The position numbers and the translations under genes are program-made. Under the pieces are notes generated by a model that was not told the DNA's origin, ran no database searches, and saw nothing but the letters and a program-made list of their open reading frames with translations. Below, one piece after another: positions 20,166 through 32,853 of a stretch of 64,000 nucleotides of DNA (positions are counted from its first letter, which is position 1; every line of letters begins with the position of its first letter). Source of the DNA: Anaeramoeba ignava BMAN (taxonomy: Eukaryota; Protista; Anaeramoebae); the NCBI GenBank assembly GCA_028826165.1, contig JAPDFW010000056.1, positions 1 through 64,000 of the forward strand, in the 5' to 3' direction.

Positions 20166-22700
20166 TCATTGATTTTTTTGTTCTTTTTCATCAAAATCCA
20201 AAACACGACAAATTTCAACATAAACTCCACATTTTTGAAGAATTGTAATCCAATATTTTTGAATATCTGAAAGACGATCATTTTGTGATTTAACTTCTAT
20301 CAAGCAAATATTCTCAAATTCCTGTTTCACGGAAGACCAAGAACAGAGATCAGGCATTCCCGAAGAATGGAGTTTAAAATCGATGGCGAAATAGCGTAAA
20401 ATTTTTGATAATCTCAAACCGCCGAGACAAGCAAGAATATCCAACAAAATGGAGAAGTCGAATTTTTCCCAAGAAACAGCAATACATGCTGTTCCGTAGT
20501 GAGATTCCCATTTGAGGGAGAAATATTGGTTGAGTTCTTGTGTGTTCATTTGGGAAATTTGGGCGAGTTTTTGGTCGATTTGGGTTTTGCGGTTTTTGTA
20601 AAAATCAGTTGTGAAGAGATCAAGAGGATAAGTTTGGTAAGGAGTTTGAAAAACGTCAGGAACTTGAGTTTCGTAGATTTCCTGCCAAAGAAGCACGACG
20701 AAGAGCATTTTCCACAATGATGTTTCTGTATGAACGCAATTTTCGTAGTATTTTTCCATGATGTAGTGTTCTAAGGCAAATTCTTCAACAGTGAGTATTT
20801 CATCAGGATTTGTTTCTGAGAAGTACAATCTTTTGGCGAATCTGGAAGTAGGTTTGGGGGAACGAAAGGGTTTTGCGTAGATGATTTTTTCTTTGGGGAG
20901 ATTGAACGAGAGTTGCAGTTGTTGTTCTTCTTGGTCGTCTTTTTCTTGTTTTTCGTCTTTTTTTCTTTTTGGACTTGATTGAACTCTTGTGAGTCTTCTT
21001 TCAATTTTGAATCGAAAAAGGTTGTTTAGGTATTTGTCGTTGAGTGCTTTTTGGCACCAAGTCTGAGCTTTTGCTTTTGATTTTAAGTGTGTGTTGAATA
21101 GGATTGTTATTCTGTCGAACCATTCGTTGCGAAGGGGATGGTTGAAGTTGAGAGAAAGCAAGAGTTTGAGGATTTGTTTTTCTTTTTTGGAGTTTCGTTT
21201 TTTTTGGAGGAATTCAGGGATTCCTTTTGTGAGTATTTTGATGTAGATCCAGAATTGGGAGAAGTTTTGCATGTATTGTGGGAGACTGATGAAGTTGTTG
21301 AGTTTCTGTTCATTATGAGCGAAATCTGAGATGAATGAGAGAGCTGTTTCGAAGATATCGAATGCTGATTGTTTGGACAGTTCTGATTCTTCGTAGAGAG
21401 CAGAATGGAATTGGAGGTAAATTTCTCTTGCTTGAATATAGTCGAGAAGGTCTTGTCTTGATTGGAAAAGAGGTGTTTTTTTGATGATTTTGTAGTTTGG
21501 GTATTTGGTTTCTTGAAGGGGAAAAAAGGAATTAGAATCAGAAGAAATCGAATTAGAAATCGAATTAGAATTAGAATTAGAAGAAGAAGAATAAAAGGAA
21601 AAAGAAGAAGTGTTATCATTTAGGAAGATGACAAAAAGAACTCTTTGGAAAATTTCTTTTTTGGAAGGGTCTAATTGGACAAAATCGCCGAAAACGGAGA
21701 GAAGGATATTTTTGGTGAGGATTGGCTGGCCAAAGAGAGTCATTTGGAATGATTTGTTTGATTGTTGTTTTTGGATTGAGTCGAGAATCATTTTTTTTAA
21801 ATTTTTTTTGTTTGAAGCGTTGAGTTTTGAGGGAGATAATTTTGGGGAGGAGATGGCAGATTTTTGGATTACTTCGATGAGGTCTTTTTTTTTGAGGTAT
21901 TGGCACATTTGTTCTGAGGAGATATTTGATTTGTTTTTGTTATCAAGAAAGAGTTTTTGGGTTTTCAAGTTTTGGAGTATTGATTTGAGTGGAGTTGAAG
22001 AATCAATTTCTTGGGAATATCTTTGTTGGATTTCTGAGAATCTGAAAAGAAGGTTTTTTCTAGCGAAGAGTCTTAGATAGATTTTTTTTTCATTTAAGGA
22101 AGTATTTTGGATGAAATTTTTGATAATTTGGAGTTCGTTTTGGTTGAAATAGATTGTGTTTGCAAAGGAGTCTTTTTCTAGAACAATTTGCAAGCAATCC
22201 AAGAAATGGGAGACGAAGAAGGGCAATGATTTTTGATTTTCATTTTCATTTTGATTATTTTCATTATTTTCATTATTTTCATTTTCATTATTTTCATTAT
22301 TTTCATTTTGATTATTTTCATTATTTTCATTTTGATTTGTTTGAGAAATATTCATAAAATATTCTTCTGTTTGTGAATTTTGATTTGTTTGTGAATTATT
22401 CATATAATCTTCATTTGTTTTTAAATCATTTGTTTGTGAATTATTCATATAATCTTCATTTGTTTGTGAATTTTGATTTGTTTGTGAAATATTCATAAAA
22501 TCTTCATTTGTTTGTGAATTTTGATTTGTTTGTGAAATATTCATAAAATCTTCTTCTGTTTTTGAATTTGTTTTTGAATTTGTTTTTAAATTTGTTTTTA
22601 AATTTGTTTGTGTTTTTGAATTTGTTTTTAAATTTGTTTGTGAATTTGTTTCTAAATTTGTTTGTGATTCTAAATTTGTCTTGCTTTCAATATTATCCAT
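20166..22700 (-). CDS. FAN1: Fanconi-associated nuclease 1 (VRR-NUC PD-(D/E)XK nuclease)
   Basis: 844-aa intronless ORF. Motifs LRLFARK, VEEFALEHY, HTETSLW...FQTPYQTYPLDL and GMPDL...IEVKSQNDRLSDIQKYW. The N-terminus is low complexity with no obvious UBZ finger. Confidence 0.93.
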   Translation of the reverse strand: MDNIESKTNLESQTNLETNSQTNLKTNSKTQTNLKTNLKTNSKTNSKTEEDFMNISQTNQNSQTNEDFMNISQTNQNSQTNEDYMNNSQTNDLKTNEDYMNNSQTNQNSQTEEYFMNISQTNQNENNENNQNENNENNENENNENNENNQNENENQKSLPFFVSHFLDCLQIVLEKDSFANTIYFNQNELQIIKNFIQNTSLNEKKIYLRLFARKNLLFRFSEIQQRYSQEIDSSTPLKSILQNLKTQKLFLDNKNKSNISSEQMCQYLKKKDLIEVIQKSAISSPKLSPSKLNASNKKNLKKMILDSIQKQQSNKSFQMTLFGQPILTKNILLSVFGDFVQLDPSKKEIFQRVLFVIFLNDNTSSFSFYSSSSNSNSNSISNSISSDSNSFFPLQETKYPNYKIIKKTPLFQSRQDLLDYIQAREIYLQFHSALYEESELSKQSAFDIFETALSFISDFAHNEQKLNNFISLPQYMQNFSQFWIYIKILTKGIPEFLQKKRNSKKEKQILKLLLSLNFNHPLRNEWFDRITILFNTHLKSKAKAQTWCQKALNDKYLNNLFRFKIERRLTRVQSSPKRKKDEKQEKDDQEEQQLQLSFNLPKEKIIYAKPFRSPKPTSRFAKRLYFSETNPDEILTVEEFALEHYIMEKYYENCVHTETSLWKMLFVVLLWQEIYETQVPDVFQTPYQTYPLDLFTTDFYKNRKTQIDQKLAQISQMNTQELNQYFSLKWESHYGTACIAVSWEKFDFSILLDILACLGGLRLSKILRYFAIDFKLHSSGMPDLCSWSSVKQEFENICLIEVKSQNDRLSDIQKYWITILQKCGVYVEICRVLDFDEKEQKNQ

Positions 22701-22769
22701 TTTATAAAAAGAAAAAAAATGAAAAAAAAAAATGAAAAATTAAATTTTTTTTATATTTTTTTTTCTTCA

Positions 22770-25700
22770 TTAAATTTCAAAATCAGAAATAAATTTGGTT
22801 TCGTTCAATTTGGAAGAAAAAGATTTTGTTGAGGAAAAAAGAAGAGAATTTAGTTTACTTGATTTCTTATCAGAATTTGATTTCCATAAAAAATCAACCA
22901 ATTCATTATAATTTTTATTTTGAGAATTTGGAGTTAATTCAAAAGAATTATCAAGAAGTTTTTGGTCGCCAACTTCCATGAGTTCCTTTAGTTTTGAGGA
23001 AGTAAATTGAGTTTTCTGGGTTTTCATTTCAATTTCGTATTCGCTTTCATTGAAAGATAAATAGTCATCTTCTGAAGATAAACTTGAATCTGTAAGTTTG
23101 ATATTTGATTTTTTGGAAGGTTTTAGTTTTAAGGAAAATGGTTTCTCAGAAAGACTTGAGACGTTTTCAAGTTGTATATCTTTAGTGGAAGAACGAGAAG
23201 ATTGATAAAACGAAATGGGTTGTATTTCTGAGCGGAATTGTTGAGAGATGAAAGATAGGATTTTCTCGTTGTTGTTGTTGAATAGATTGGATTCTTTTAT
23301 AATTTGGATGATCTTGATTTTATCAAGTTTGATTTGGGAAAATTCAGGAATGTGAATTTTGGATATTTCTTTATTGTTGTTGTTGTTGTTATTGTTGTTT
23401 TTTGTGTATTTTGCACATTGAATCTTGATTCCGTTTGTGAGAATAATTTGGAGCGATGGATCAATAATGTTCCATGATTCAATGCCTCCAATTGTGGATA
23501 AAATGTATTGACTAAGCGAGAGTAGGTTGAATTTATAGGAGATTAGAAGGAGATGGCCGATTATCACGGTCATGATGCAATATATATTTGTTGGTGTGAT
23601 TCTTTTTTGAGATAAACGAGTTGATATTTTTTCTTGAAGTGAAAAAAATAAAGGGAAAATTCTTTTGAAATGTTTTTTGGGAAATTCGTTTAGGAAATAT
23701 CCAAGTGTTTTGAATAATGCTTTGTAGTTAATTGGGGTGTTTGAATCGAGAAGCAGCTGGTGGTGTATTGATCTGAGGATTGTTTCATAGTATTTGTGGA
23801 TAAAAGTGTGATAGAAATCCCAGAAGGCGAGATGGGAATCTGATTGGAAATCGTTTTGGAATGAATCAAATCCGTTTTGGGGAAGGGTGTCTTGATCCTC
23901 TGTGATGTTCTCGAGCATTTCGCCGATATCATTCTCCTTTTCAGGATTGGTGTTTTTGAGGATTTGTTTTGGAGATTTTATTGATTTTTGCGAATCAATA
24001 AGGTTTTCTTTTTGATTTTCTGTAGATTCGTAATGGGATTGATTAATTATTGGTAATTGGGATTTTTCCCAAAAATTTGTAGCTTTGGATTCTGTGTCGT
24101 TGGTGAGATGCTCATGTGGTTTGTTTGTTGGGGATGGATGACTTTGGCGATCAAACATTTTGTGGAAGATGAATTGAACCATGACTCGAGTTGTTGGGTT
24201 TGAGGAAAGAGAAAGGTTGATGAAAGGCTCGAGCTTGTAGGTTTTTTTGATTGGAAGATGAGCGTAGAATTGCGCGCAATAAAAACAGCATTTCAGAAGA
24301 AGATGTTGTGAATTGGGAGAGTTTTTTGGATTGAGTTTTGAGGTGAGGAATTTGAAACTATTAAATTTATGAGAAGGATTTTCAAGTTTGAGAGAGAATT
24401 TTTTAATTGCAATCAAGGCACTTTTTTGGATGCATTCAAAAGGATGAAGAATAGCAGAATTTGTAGTTGATTTTTTTGATAAAAGATGTTTTGAAGATAG
24501 ACGGATTTCTGAGTTTGTTTCTGGTTGAGAATTTGCGGAATCAGAAAAGGAATCTGAAGTTCTTGATGGGTCATCAATCTCCAACGAATCCTGGAGAGCA
24601 AGTTGATGGTCTTGTTTGCCTTGATTTTGAGTTTTTTGCTGAACAAAGCATTCAACAAGATCCGAAATTATTTGAACTGAGTTTGAATAGAGTGTTGAGG
24701 AAGTATCAAGAACGGCAAAAGCTGCATCGATCACAAGAAGCATTCCAAGTCTCTCTGAGTTGTTTTCTTGCTTTTTCATGCGCTGTAGAAGGGAGTAGGT
24801 TATTGTGTCAAGGAACTCTTGGTGGGTTGAAATGATTGTGTTGATGCAATTCAAAATAAAACTGACATTGTTCCATTTTGAGAATGTATCGAAAAACTCA
24901 AACATTGGTTTGATCAAAGAGAAGATTGAAATGTGGTTCAGATGAGCCGAGATTTTGGAGAGGATGTCTGCTGCAAGATCGCTCATTGCAGTGGGGTCTT
25001 CTTTAGGAATAACTGCTTGAAAAGTGCCGTAATTTTTATTCAAAAGTGGATCAGAAATTTGGATTTGGATTTCGTCTTGTGAATCTTCGTGGTTTGCAGT
25101 GTTTTCCAAATACTCCACTTTGGGAGCTTGTTGCAAGAGATTGTCGGGATATTCTTCGTTGTCTGAGTACTGGAAAAACCTGTGTTCGAACTCTGAATCG
25201 AATGACTCCAAGTCGTCCAGATCGTGTTTGTCTCTTTTTAATGAAAGTGAAAGATAGATGTTTTGATCCAAATCGTTGCCTTGTTTCTCTGATGAGATGA
25301 AGGCAATAATTGGCGGGATTGCCTGCTCAAGGAATTTCTGTGATTCGATGAAAGTTTCGATTTGCGAAATGGAAAAAAGTGACTGGAATCCAATCAATCC
25401 ATAATAAGAAGCAACATCTTGATTTTTTTGAGGGAAAAATTTTAATTGTTTTGAATCTTCGAATCCATAACAAGGAAGACACATCCGCGCAAAGTATTTT
25501 GCAAATGATTCGAATTTGAATGTGAAATTAATATCGTTTCCAAGTGAAGAAGCCAACATTGTGTATGTTTTGACTGCTCGACAATTAAGCACTATATTTG
25601 AATGTTTGAGCAATAATTCAACGGCTGTCATCGTGTGGTTCCCAAATAAAAGCACGTTGTTATTGCATGCTGTTATTAATTCGTCGTATATTCTCATCCC

Positions 25701-25925
25701 GATCATCACATAATTGATTTGGTTTTTTTTCAAATAGAACTTTGTTTTCTTCACTAAAAATTTACTTATTGAAACTAATTTTTTTGTGTTATTTTTTGCA
25801 TAAGCGAGAAATTTTTGTGCATTTTCGCTTTGATAATTTTGAGTTTCAAGTTTTGGATAAATTGAGTTTATTAATCTTCTATATTTTTTTAAACTTCTTG
25901 ATTTACAACATCCACAACAATTCAT
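22770..25925 (-). CDS. EFR3: EFR3-like protein (PI4KIIIalpha plasma-membrane anchor)
   Basis: 1051-aa ORF. The N-terminal Cys cluster MNCCGCC (palmitoylation) followed by KYRRLINSIYP...KFLAYAKNNTKKL is the EFR3 signature. Confidence 0.85.
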   Translation of the reverse strand: MNCCGCCKSRSLKKYRRLINSIYPKLETQNYQSENAQKFLAYAKNNTKKLVSISKFLVKKTKFYLKKNQINYVMIGMRIYDELITACNNNVLLFGNHTMTAVELLLKHSNIVLNCRAVKTYTMLASSLGNDINFTFKFESFAKYFARMCLPCYGFEDSKQLKFFPQKNQDVASYYGLIGFQSLFSISQIETFIESQKFLEQAIPPIIAFISSEKQGNDLDQNIYLSLSLKRDKHDLDDLESFDSEFEHRFFQYSDNEEYPDNLLQQAPKVEYLENTANHEDSQDEIQIQISDPLLNKNYGTFQAVIPKEDPTAMSDLAADILSKISAHLNHISIFSLIKPMFEFFDTFSKWNNVSFILNCINTIISTHQEFLDTITYSLLQRMKKQENNSERLGMLLVIDAAFAVLDTSSTLYSNSVQIISDLVECFVQQKTQNQGKQDHQLALQDSLEIDDPSRTSDSFSDSANSQPETNSEIRLSSKHLLSKKSTTNSAILHPFECIQKSALIAIKKFSLKLENPSHKFNSFKFLTSKLNPKNSPNSQHLLLKCCFYCAQFYAHLPIKKTYKLEPFINLSLSSNPTTRVMVQFIFHKMFDRQSHPSPTNKPHEHLTNDTESKATNFWEKSQLPIINQSHYESTENQKENLIDSQKSIKSPKQILKNTNPEKENDIGEMLENITEDQDTLPQNGFDSFQNDFQSDSHLAFWDFYHTFIHKYYETILRSIHHQLLLDSNTPINYKALFKTLGYFLNEFPKKHFKRIFPLFFSLQEKISTRLSQKRITPTNIYCIMTVIIGHLLLISYKFNLLSLSQYILSTIGGIESWNIIDPSLQIILTNGIKIQCAKYTKNNNNNNNNNKEISKIHIPEFSQIKLDKIKIIQIIKESNLFNNNNEKILSFISQQFRSEIQPISFYQSSRSSTKDIQLENVSSLSEKPFSLKLKPSKKSNIKLTDSSLSSEDDYLSFNESEYEIEMKTQKTQFTSSKLKELMEVGDQKLLDNSFELTPNSQNKNYNELVDFLWKSNSDKKSSKLNSLLFSSTKSFSSKLNETKFISDFEI

Positions 25926-26077
25926 TTAACAAAACAAAACAAAACAAAATGAAAAGAAAATGAAAATGAAAAAAATGAAAATTTAAAAAATGAAAAAAAT
26001 AATTTTTTTTTTATTTTCTTTTCTTTTCTTGATCAATTCCAATTTTTTTTTTTTTTAATTAATTAATTTTTAATTTT

Positions 26078-29063
26078 TTAATTTTTTGAATCAGAATCAC
26101 TATCTGAACTTGTTGATGAAGTTGTTGTTGTTGTTTCTTTTTCATCTTTATTTTGTTGATCTTCTTTATTTTCTTCTTGGTTTTTTGGTTGGATTGTTTG
26201 ATTTTCTTCTTTGTTATCTTGATCAGCAACTGCTGTTGTATAAACTGCTTTTCTTGAATAAGTTGTTGATAATAAATCTGATTCGATTCCCTTTCTTTCA
26301 TCTTGGAGGATAGTCATTCCAAGGATTAATATTGCCAATCCATAAATGCAAGTTAATATTCCACTTTTTTTTTTAAATTTTAATTTTAATTTTGATTTTA
26401 ATTTTAATTTTAATTTTAATTTTTAATTTTAAATTTAATTTTATTTTTAATTTTAATTTTATTTTTGATTTTAATTTTAATTTTAATTTTAATTTTAATT
26501 TTAATTTTAATTTTGATTTTGATTTCAATTTTAATTTTAATTTTAATTTTAATTTTAATTTTAATTTTTAATTTTAATTTTTAATTTTAATTTTAATTTT
26601 TTATAAAATAATTTTAATTTTAATTTTAAATTTGATTTTGATTTTTAAATTTAATTTTAATTTTATATTTAATTTTAATTTTAATTTTAATTTTAAATTT
26701 TAATTTTTTTAATTTTAATTTTAATTTTTGATTTTAATTTTGATTTTAAATTTAATTTTATTTTTAATTTTATTTTTAATTTTAATTTTAATTTTAATTT
26801 TAATTTTAATTTTAATTTTGATTTTATAAATGAATTTTTAATTTTAATTTTAATTTTAATTTTAATTTTAATTTTAATTTTAATTTTGATTTTAATTTTA
26901 ATTTTAATTTTAATTTTAATTTTTAATTTTAATTATAATTTTAATTTTAATTTTAATTTTGATTTTTAATTATAATTTTGATTTTTAATTTTAATTTTAA
27001 TTTTAATTTTAATTTTAATTTTAATTTTAATTTTAATTTTAATTTTAATTTTAATTTTTAATTTTTTAATTATAATTTTAATTTGAATTTTAAATTTTAA
27101 TTTTAATTTTAATTTTTAATTTTTAATTTTAATTTTTAATTTTAATTTTAATTTTATTTTTATTTTTAATTTTATTTTTAATTTTAATTTTAATTTTGAT
27201 TTTAATTTTTAATTTTAATTTTAATTTTAATTTTAATTCAATTTTGATTTTGATTTCAATTTTAATTTTGATTTTAATTTTAATTTTAATTTTGATTTTA
27301 ATTTTAATTTTATTTTTAATTTTAGTTTTAATTTTGATTTTAATTTTAATTTTAATTTTAATTTTAATTTTAATTTTAATTTTAATTTTAATTTTAATTT
27401 TGATTTCAAGCCAATTTGAGTTTAGTTTACACAATTAAAAGATAAGTATGATTTTGTCCACAAGCAACACCTAAAATAAAATTATAAATAAAATTATAAA
27501 TAAAATTATAAATAAAATTATAAATTAAATTATAAATTAAATTATAAATAAAATTATAAATAAAATTATAAATAAAATTATAAATAAAATTATAAATTAA
27601 ATTATAAATAAAATTATAAATAAAATTATAAATAAAATTATAAATAAAATTATAAATAAAATTATAAATTAAATTATAAAACTCACGGGAATTATAAATA
27701 AAATTATAAATAAAATTATAAAATTAAATTATAAATAAAATTATAAATAAAAAATTAAATTATAAATTATAAATAAAAATATAAATTAAATTATAAATTA
27801 AATATATAAATAAAATTATAAATAAATTATAAATAAAATTATAAATATTCTACAAATTATAAATAAAATTATAAATTATAAATAAAATTATAAATAAAAT
27901 TATAAATAAAATTATAAATAAAATTAAAAATAAAATTATAAATAAAATTATAAATAAAATTATAAATAAAATTATAAATAAAATTATAAAATAAATTATA
28001 AATTAAATTATAAATAAAATTATAAATAAAAATTATTATAAATAAAATTATAAATAAAATTATAAATAAAATTATAAAATAAATTATAAAATTAAATTAT
28101 AAATTAAAATTATAAATAAAATTATAAATTATAAATAAATAAATTAAATTATAAATTAAATTATAAATAAATAAAAAATATTAAAATAAAATTATAAATT
28201 AAAAATAAAAATAAAATTAAAAATAAAATTATAAATAAATTATAAATATAAATAAAATTATAAATTAAAATTATAAATTAAATTATAAATAAAATTAAAA
28301 ATAAAATAAAATTATAAATAAAATTATAAAATAAAAATTATAAATAAAATTATAAATAAAATTATAAATAAAATTATAAAATAAAATTATAAATAAAATT
28401 ATAAATAAAATTTAAATTAAATTATAAATAAAATTATAAATAAAATTATAAAAATAAAATTATAAAAAATAAAATTATAAATAAAATATAAATTAAATTA
28501 TAAATTAAATTATAAATTAAATTATAAATAAAATTATAAATTAAATTATAAATAAAATTATAAATTAAATTATAAATAAATTATAAATAAAATTATAAAT
28601 TAAATTATAAATAAAATTATAAATTAAATTATAAATAAAATTATAAATTAAATTATAAATTAAATTATAAATTAAATTATAAATAAAAATTTACCAAAAC
28701 TCCCTAATAAAATAGAAAGAAAACCTCTTCCAGTATAACCTTTAGCAAAACCTAATTTTTGGAAAAAGAAAGGAAATTCCATAAATTCAGCAACTGCAAT
28801 TACAATAGAAAAAAATCTATTTAAACATTTTATATTAAATTTAAAAATTAGGAATTGAAAGGATTTGGTTCAAAAATATAGAAAGAAATAAATTAAAAAA
28901 AATTTAAATTAATTTACAAAGCGTTAAAAGTAAGATAAAATTCATCTACTTTAAATGAACCTCCAGTTGATTTTGCAATTCCAATAAATCCACATAAAAA
29001 CATTGCAGTACTTACAATTCCTGATAAAACTTTTAATAGAAAAACTAAATGTGGAGTGCCCAT
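26078..29063 (-). CDS. COPI-associated / TVP15-like small membrane protein (4 exons)
   Basis: Exons 29063-28918, 28816-28695, 27470-27431 and 26363-26078. Spliced product MGTPHLVFLLKVLSGIV...AEF...LGFAKGYTGRGFLSILLG carries the family GF....GRG.F...LG motif. Confidence 0.75.
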
Positions 29064-29367
29064 TTTAAATTATTATTATTTTTGTTTGTTGTTGTTTAAA
29101 AAGAAAATAAGAAAGAAAGAGAAGAAAAATAATGAAAAAAAAAATGAAAAAAAAAAAATTTTTTTATTTTAATTATTTTTGTTGTTTTTGTTTATTGAAT
29201 TTTGATTGAAAAATTTGTAAAAAAAAAAAGGAATTGATTTGGAAATTTAAATTTAAAATGAAATTGAAATTATATTGGAGTTAGAATTATTGGGAAATCT
29301 AAAATTAAAAGGAAAAAGTTTTGGTTTTTTTTAAAAAAAGAAGTAATAGAATTCAAATATCAAGTGT

Positions 29368-29714
29368 TTAAAAGCCAAGTTTTGTTCGTCTCCAATTTCT
29401 TTTCTTTTTGTTATATCTAAATTTATTTTATTTAATTTAATTTTATAATTTAAAATTTAATTTATTTTAATTTAATTTATTTTACCTGACTTTATTCTCT
29501 TTTTTTAATCTAACCCAATATGGAACATTTCTGTTTTGTTTCATTTTTTTACCAAGTTTTTGTTTTATTTTAAAAGTTTTATGTGATGGCTAAATTAAAA
29601 AAAAATTAAATTAAAATTTTAAAATTAAAAAAAAAGAAAAAAAAATTTTTTAATATATTTTTTGTATTAATTTTATATTTATTTTATAATTATAAAATAT
29701 TTAATAAATACCAT
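29368..29714 (-). CDS. RPL39: 60S ribosomal protein eL39 (3 coding exons; missing from the ORF track)
   Basis: ATG|GT at 29714-29712, then exons 29589-29486 and 29416-29368, giving [51 protein letters not shown]. Confidence 0.95.
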
Positions 29715-29850
29715 CTAAATAATAACAAAAAAGAAAAATGAAAAAAATGAAAAAATAAAAAAATGAAAAAAAAAAAGTTTTTTTTTATTTAATTAAAAAA
29801 AGGAGAAAAAATTAAAAATAAAAAATTTTCTCCTTTTCTTTCTTTTTTTT

Positions 29851-32791
29851 TTAATTTAATTCCAATCCAAATTGTTCAATTATGTTTTCAGTAAATAAAC
29901 TAAATAAACCACCAGTTAAAATGAAAAGAATTTTATCTTTTTCTGAATTAAATTGATTCTTCTTAATTTGGTCAACTAAAGCATAAAAAGTTTTACCAGT
30001 ATAACAAGTATCAAGAATAACACCATCAGATTGAGCAAGATCTTTAATAACATCAATTTCTTCCTTATAAGGAACTGAATATCCAGGACCAATATAACCA
30101 TCAAGAAGTTCATAATTTTGTGGTTTTAAATCTGTTCCAAATTCTTGATTAAATTCTTCAACCAAACGATTCATTTTTGAAGTGAAATGTGAAATTTTTC
30201 CACAAACAGGAACTCCTATAATTTTAACATGATTTAAATCAAGAAGATCTCTTCCAATCAATAAACCTGTCATTGTTCCAATTGTTCCAACTGCGCAATA
30301 AATGTGAGTGTATGGAAATTCTTTGTGTTGTTCTACCAATTCATTAAACATGTGGATATATCCCCAAATTCCAATAAGATTTGTTCCACCTTTTTTTAAA
30401 TCAATATTTAAATCAATATTTAAATCAATATTTAAATCAATATTTAAATAAATATTTAAATCAATTTTTAAATCAATATTTAAATAAATTTTTAAATAAA
30501 TTTTTAAATAAATATTTAAATAAATTTTTAAATCAATATTTAAATCAATATTTAAATCAATTTTTAAATCAATATTTAAATCAATATTTAAATCAAATAT
30601 TTAAATCAATTTTTAAATCAATATTTAAATCAATATTTAAATCAATATTTAAATAAATATTTAAATAAATATTTAAATAAATATTTAAATCAATATTTAA
30701 ATTAATATTTAAATCAATATTTAAATCAATATTTAAATAAATTTTTAAATCAATTTTTAAATTAATATTTAAATAAATCTGTAAACAAATAAATCAATTT
30801 TTAAATAAATATTTAAATAAATATTTAAATCAATATTTAAATTAATATTTAAATCAATTTTTAAATAAATTTTTAAATTAATATTTAAATCAATTTTTAA
30901 ATAAATATTTAAATCAATATTTAAATCAATATTTAAATCAATATTTTAAATCAATATTTAAATCAATATTTATATCAATATTTAAATCAATATTTAAATA
31001 AATATTTAAATCAATTTTTAAATAAATATTTAAATAAATATTTAAATCAATTTTTAAATATTTAAATCAATATTTAAATAAATATTTAAATCAATATTTA
31101 AATAAATATTTAAATCAATATTTAAATCAATTTTTAAATAAATATTTAAATCAATATTTAAATAAATATTTAAATCAATATATAAATAAATATTTAAATC
31201 AATTTTTAAATCAATTTTTAAATCAATATTTAAATCAATTTTTATATCAATTTTTAAATCAATATTTAAATCAATTTTTAAATCAATATTTAAATCAATA
31301 TTTAAATCAATTTTTAAATAAATATTTAAATCAATATTTAAATCAATATTTAAATCAATTTTTAAATCAATATTTAAATAAATATTTAAATAAATATTTA
31401 AATCAATTTTTAAATCAATTTTTAAATCAATTTTTAAATCAATATTTAAATCAATTTTTAAATCAATTTTTAAATCAATTTTTAAATCAATATTTAAATA
31501 AATATTTAAATCAATATTTAAATAAATATTTAAATAAATATTTAAATCAATATTTAAATCAATTTTTAAATAAATTTTTAAATCAATATTTAAATCAATA
31601 TTTAAATCAATATTTAAATAAATATTTAAATCAATATTTAAATTAATATTTAAATCAATATTTAAATCAATATTTAAATAAATATTTAAATCAATATTTA
31701 AATTAATATTTAAATCAATATTTAAATCAATTTTTAAATAAATATTTAAATTAATATTTAAATCAATTTTTAAATAAATATTTAAATTAATATTTAAATC
31801 AATATTTTAAATAAATATTTAAATCAATATTTAAATAAATATTTAAATCAATTTTTAAATAAATATTTAAATAAATATTTAAATCAATTTTTAAATCAAT
31901 TTTTAAATCAATTTTTAAATCAATATTTAAATCAATTTTAAATCAATTTTTAAATCAAATATTTAAATCAATATTGAAATAAATAAATCTCTAAATAAAT
32001 AAATCTGTAAATAAATCAATATTTAAATCAATATTTAAATCAATATTTAAATAAATATTTAAATCAATATTTAAATCAATATTTAAATAAATTTTTAAAT
32101 AAATTTTTAAATAAATTTTTAAATAAATTTTTAAATCTCTAATTAAATAAATCAATATTGAAATAAATAAATTTTCAAAGAAATAACTTCTAATTAACCT
32201 TCAGGAATAATATATGGATTTTCTCCAATTTTCTTAAGTTCTTCTGCTTTTTTTTTCATTAATTTAGAACGATTTTGATACTGTTCTGCTGTAATAAACT
32301 CAAATTGAGCACCAACAAGTTTATCAATTAAAAAATTCCCTATATTTTGATTTTAATTTGATTTTTATTTAAATTTAAATTCTATATTAAATTTTTACCT
32401 GCTAATACTTTCTTTTCGTGTTCTGTTACTCGAAGAAACAACAGTGATTTCAATCCTACTTGCCTTGCAGCAACTGCTGTTGCTCTTGAATGATTACTTT
32501 GAAAACCTCCACAAGTTAATACTATTGTTGCATTTTGTTTTTTTGCATCAGCAAGTAAAAATTCTAATTTTCGAATTTTATTTCCTGAAGTAAGACATCC
32601 AGTCATATCATCTTGCTTAATATCAATTTGAATCCCAAGTTTACGTGAAAATCTTTGATTTATTAAAAAATTTAATTTATTTTTTTTGGATTGTTCAAAT
32701 TAATTTTATTTTACTCTTCACAATGAATAATTGGTGTTGGTAAATTTGCTAAATTTAATTTTTCTGGAATATATTTAACTTTTTTCTCCAT
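29851..32791 (-). CDS. D-cysteine desulfhydrase (PLP-dependent, ACC deaminase family), 4 exons
   Basis: Motifs LPTPI, KQDDMTG..SGNKIRKLEF (PLP Lys), GGFQSNH, IPEGG and LDTCYTGK. Thr in YTGK and in LTGG fits DCD rather than ACC deaminase (YEGK/HLGG). Confidence 0.88.
30390..32198 (-). repeat. Repeat-expanded intron, (TTTAAATCAATA)n on the plus strand
   Basis: GTTAAT donor at 32198 and AAAAAAAG acceptor at 30390; 12-nt units. Confidence 0.85.
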
Positions 32792-32853
32792 TATTTTATT
32801 AAAATAGAAAAATGAAAAAAATGAAATTTTATTTTTATTTTTATTTTTTTAAA

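Noticed and set aside
20499-25963. Small ORFs overlapping FAN1 and EFR3, and similar ones inside TBC, RasGEF and PHAF1
   Set aside because: Shadow or antisense frames of real genes with no recognisable motifs.
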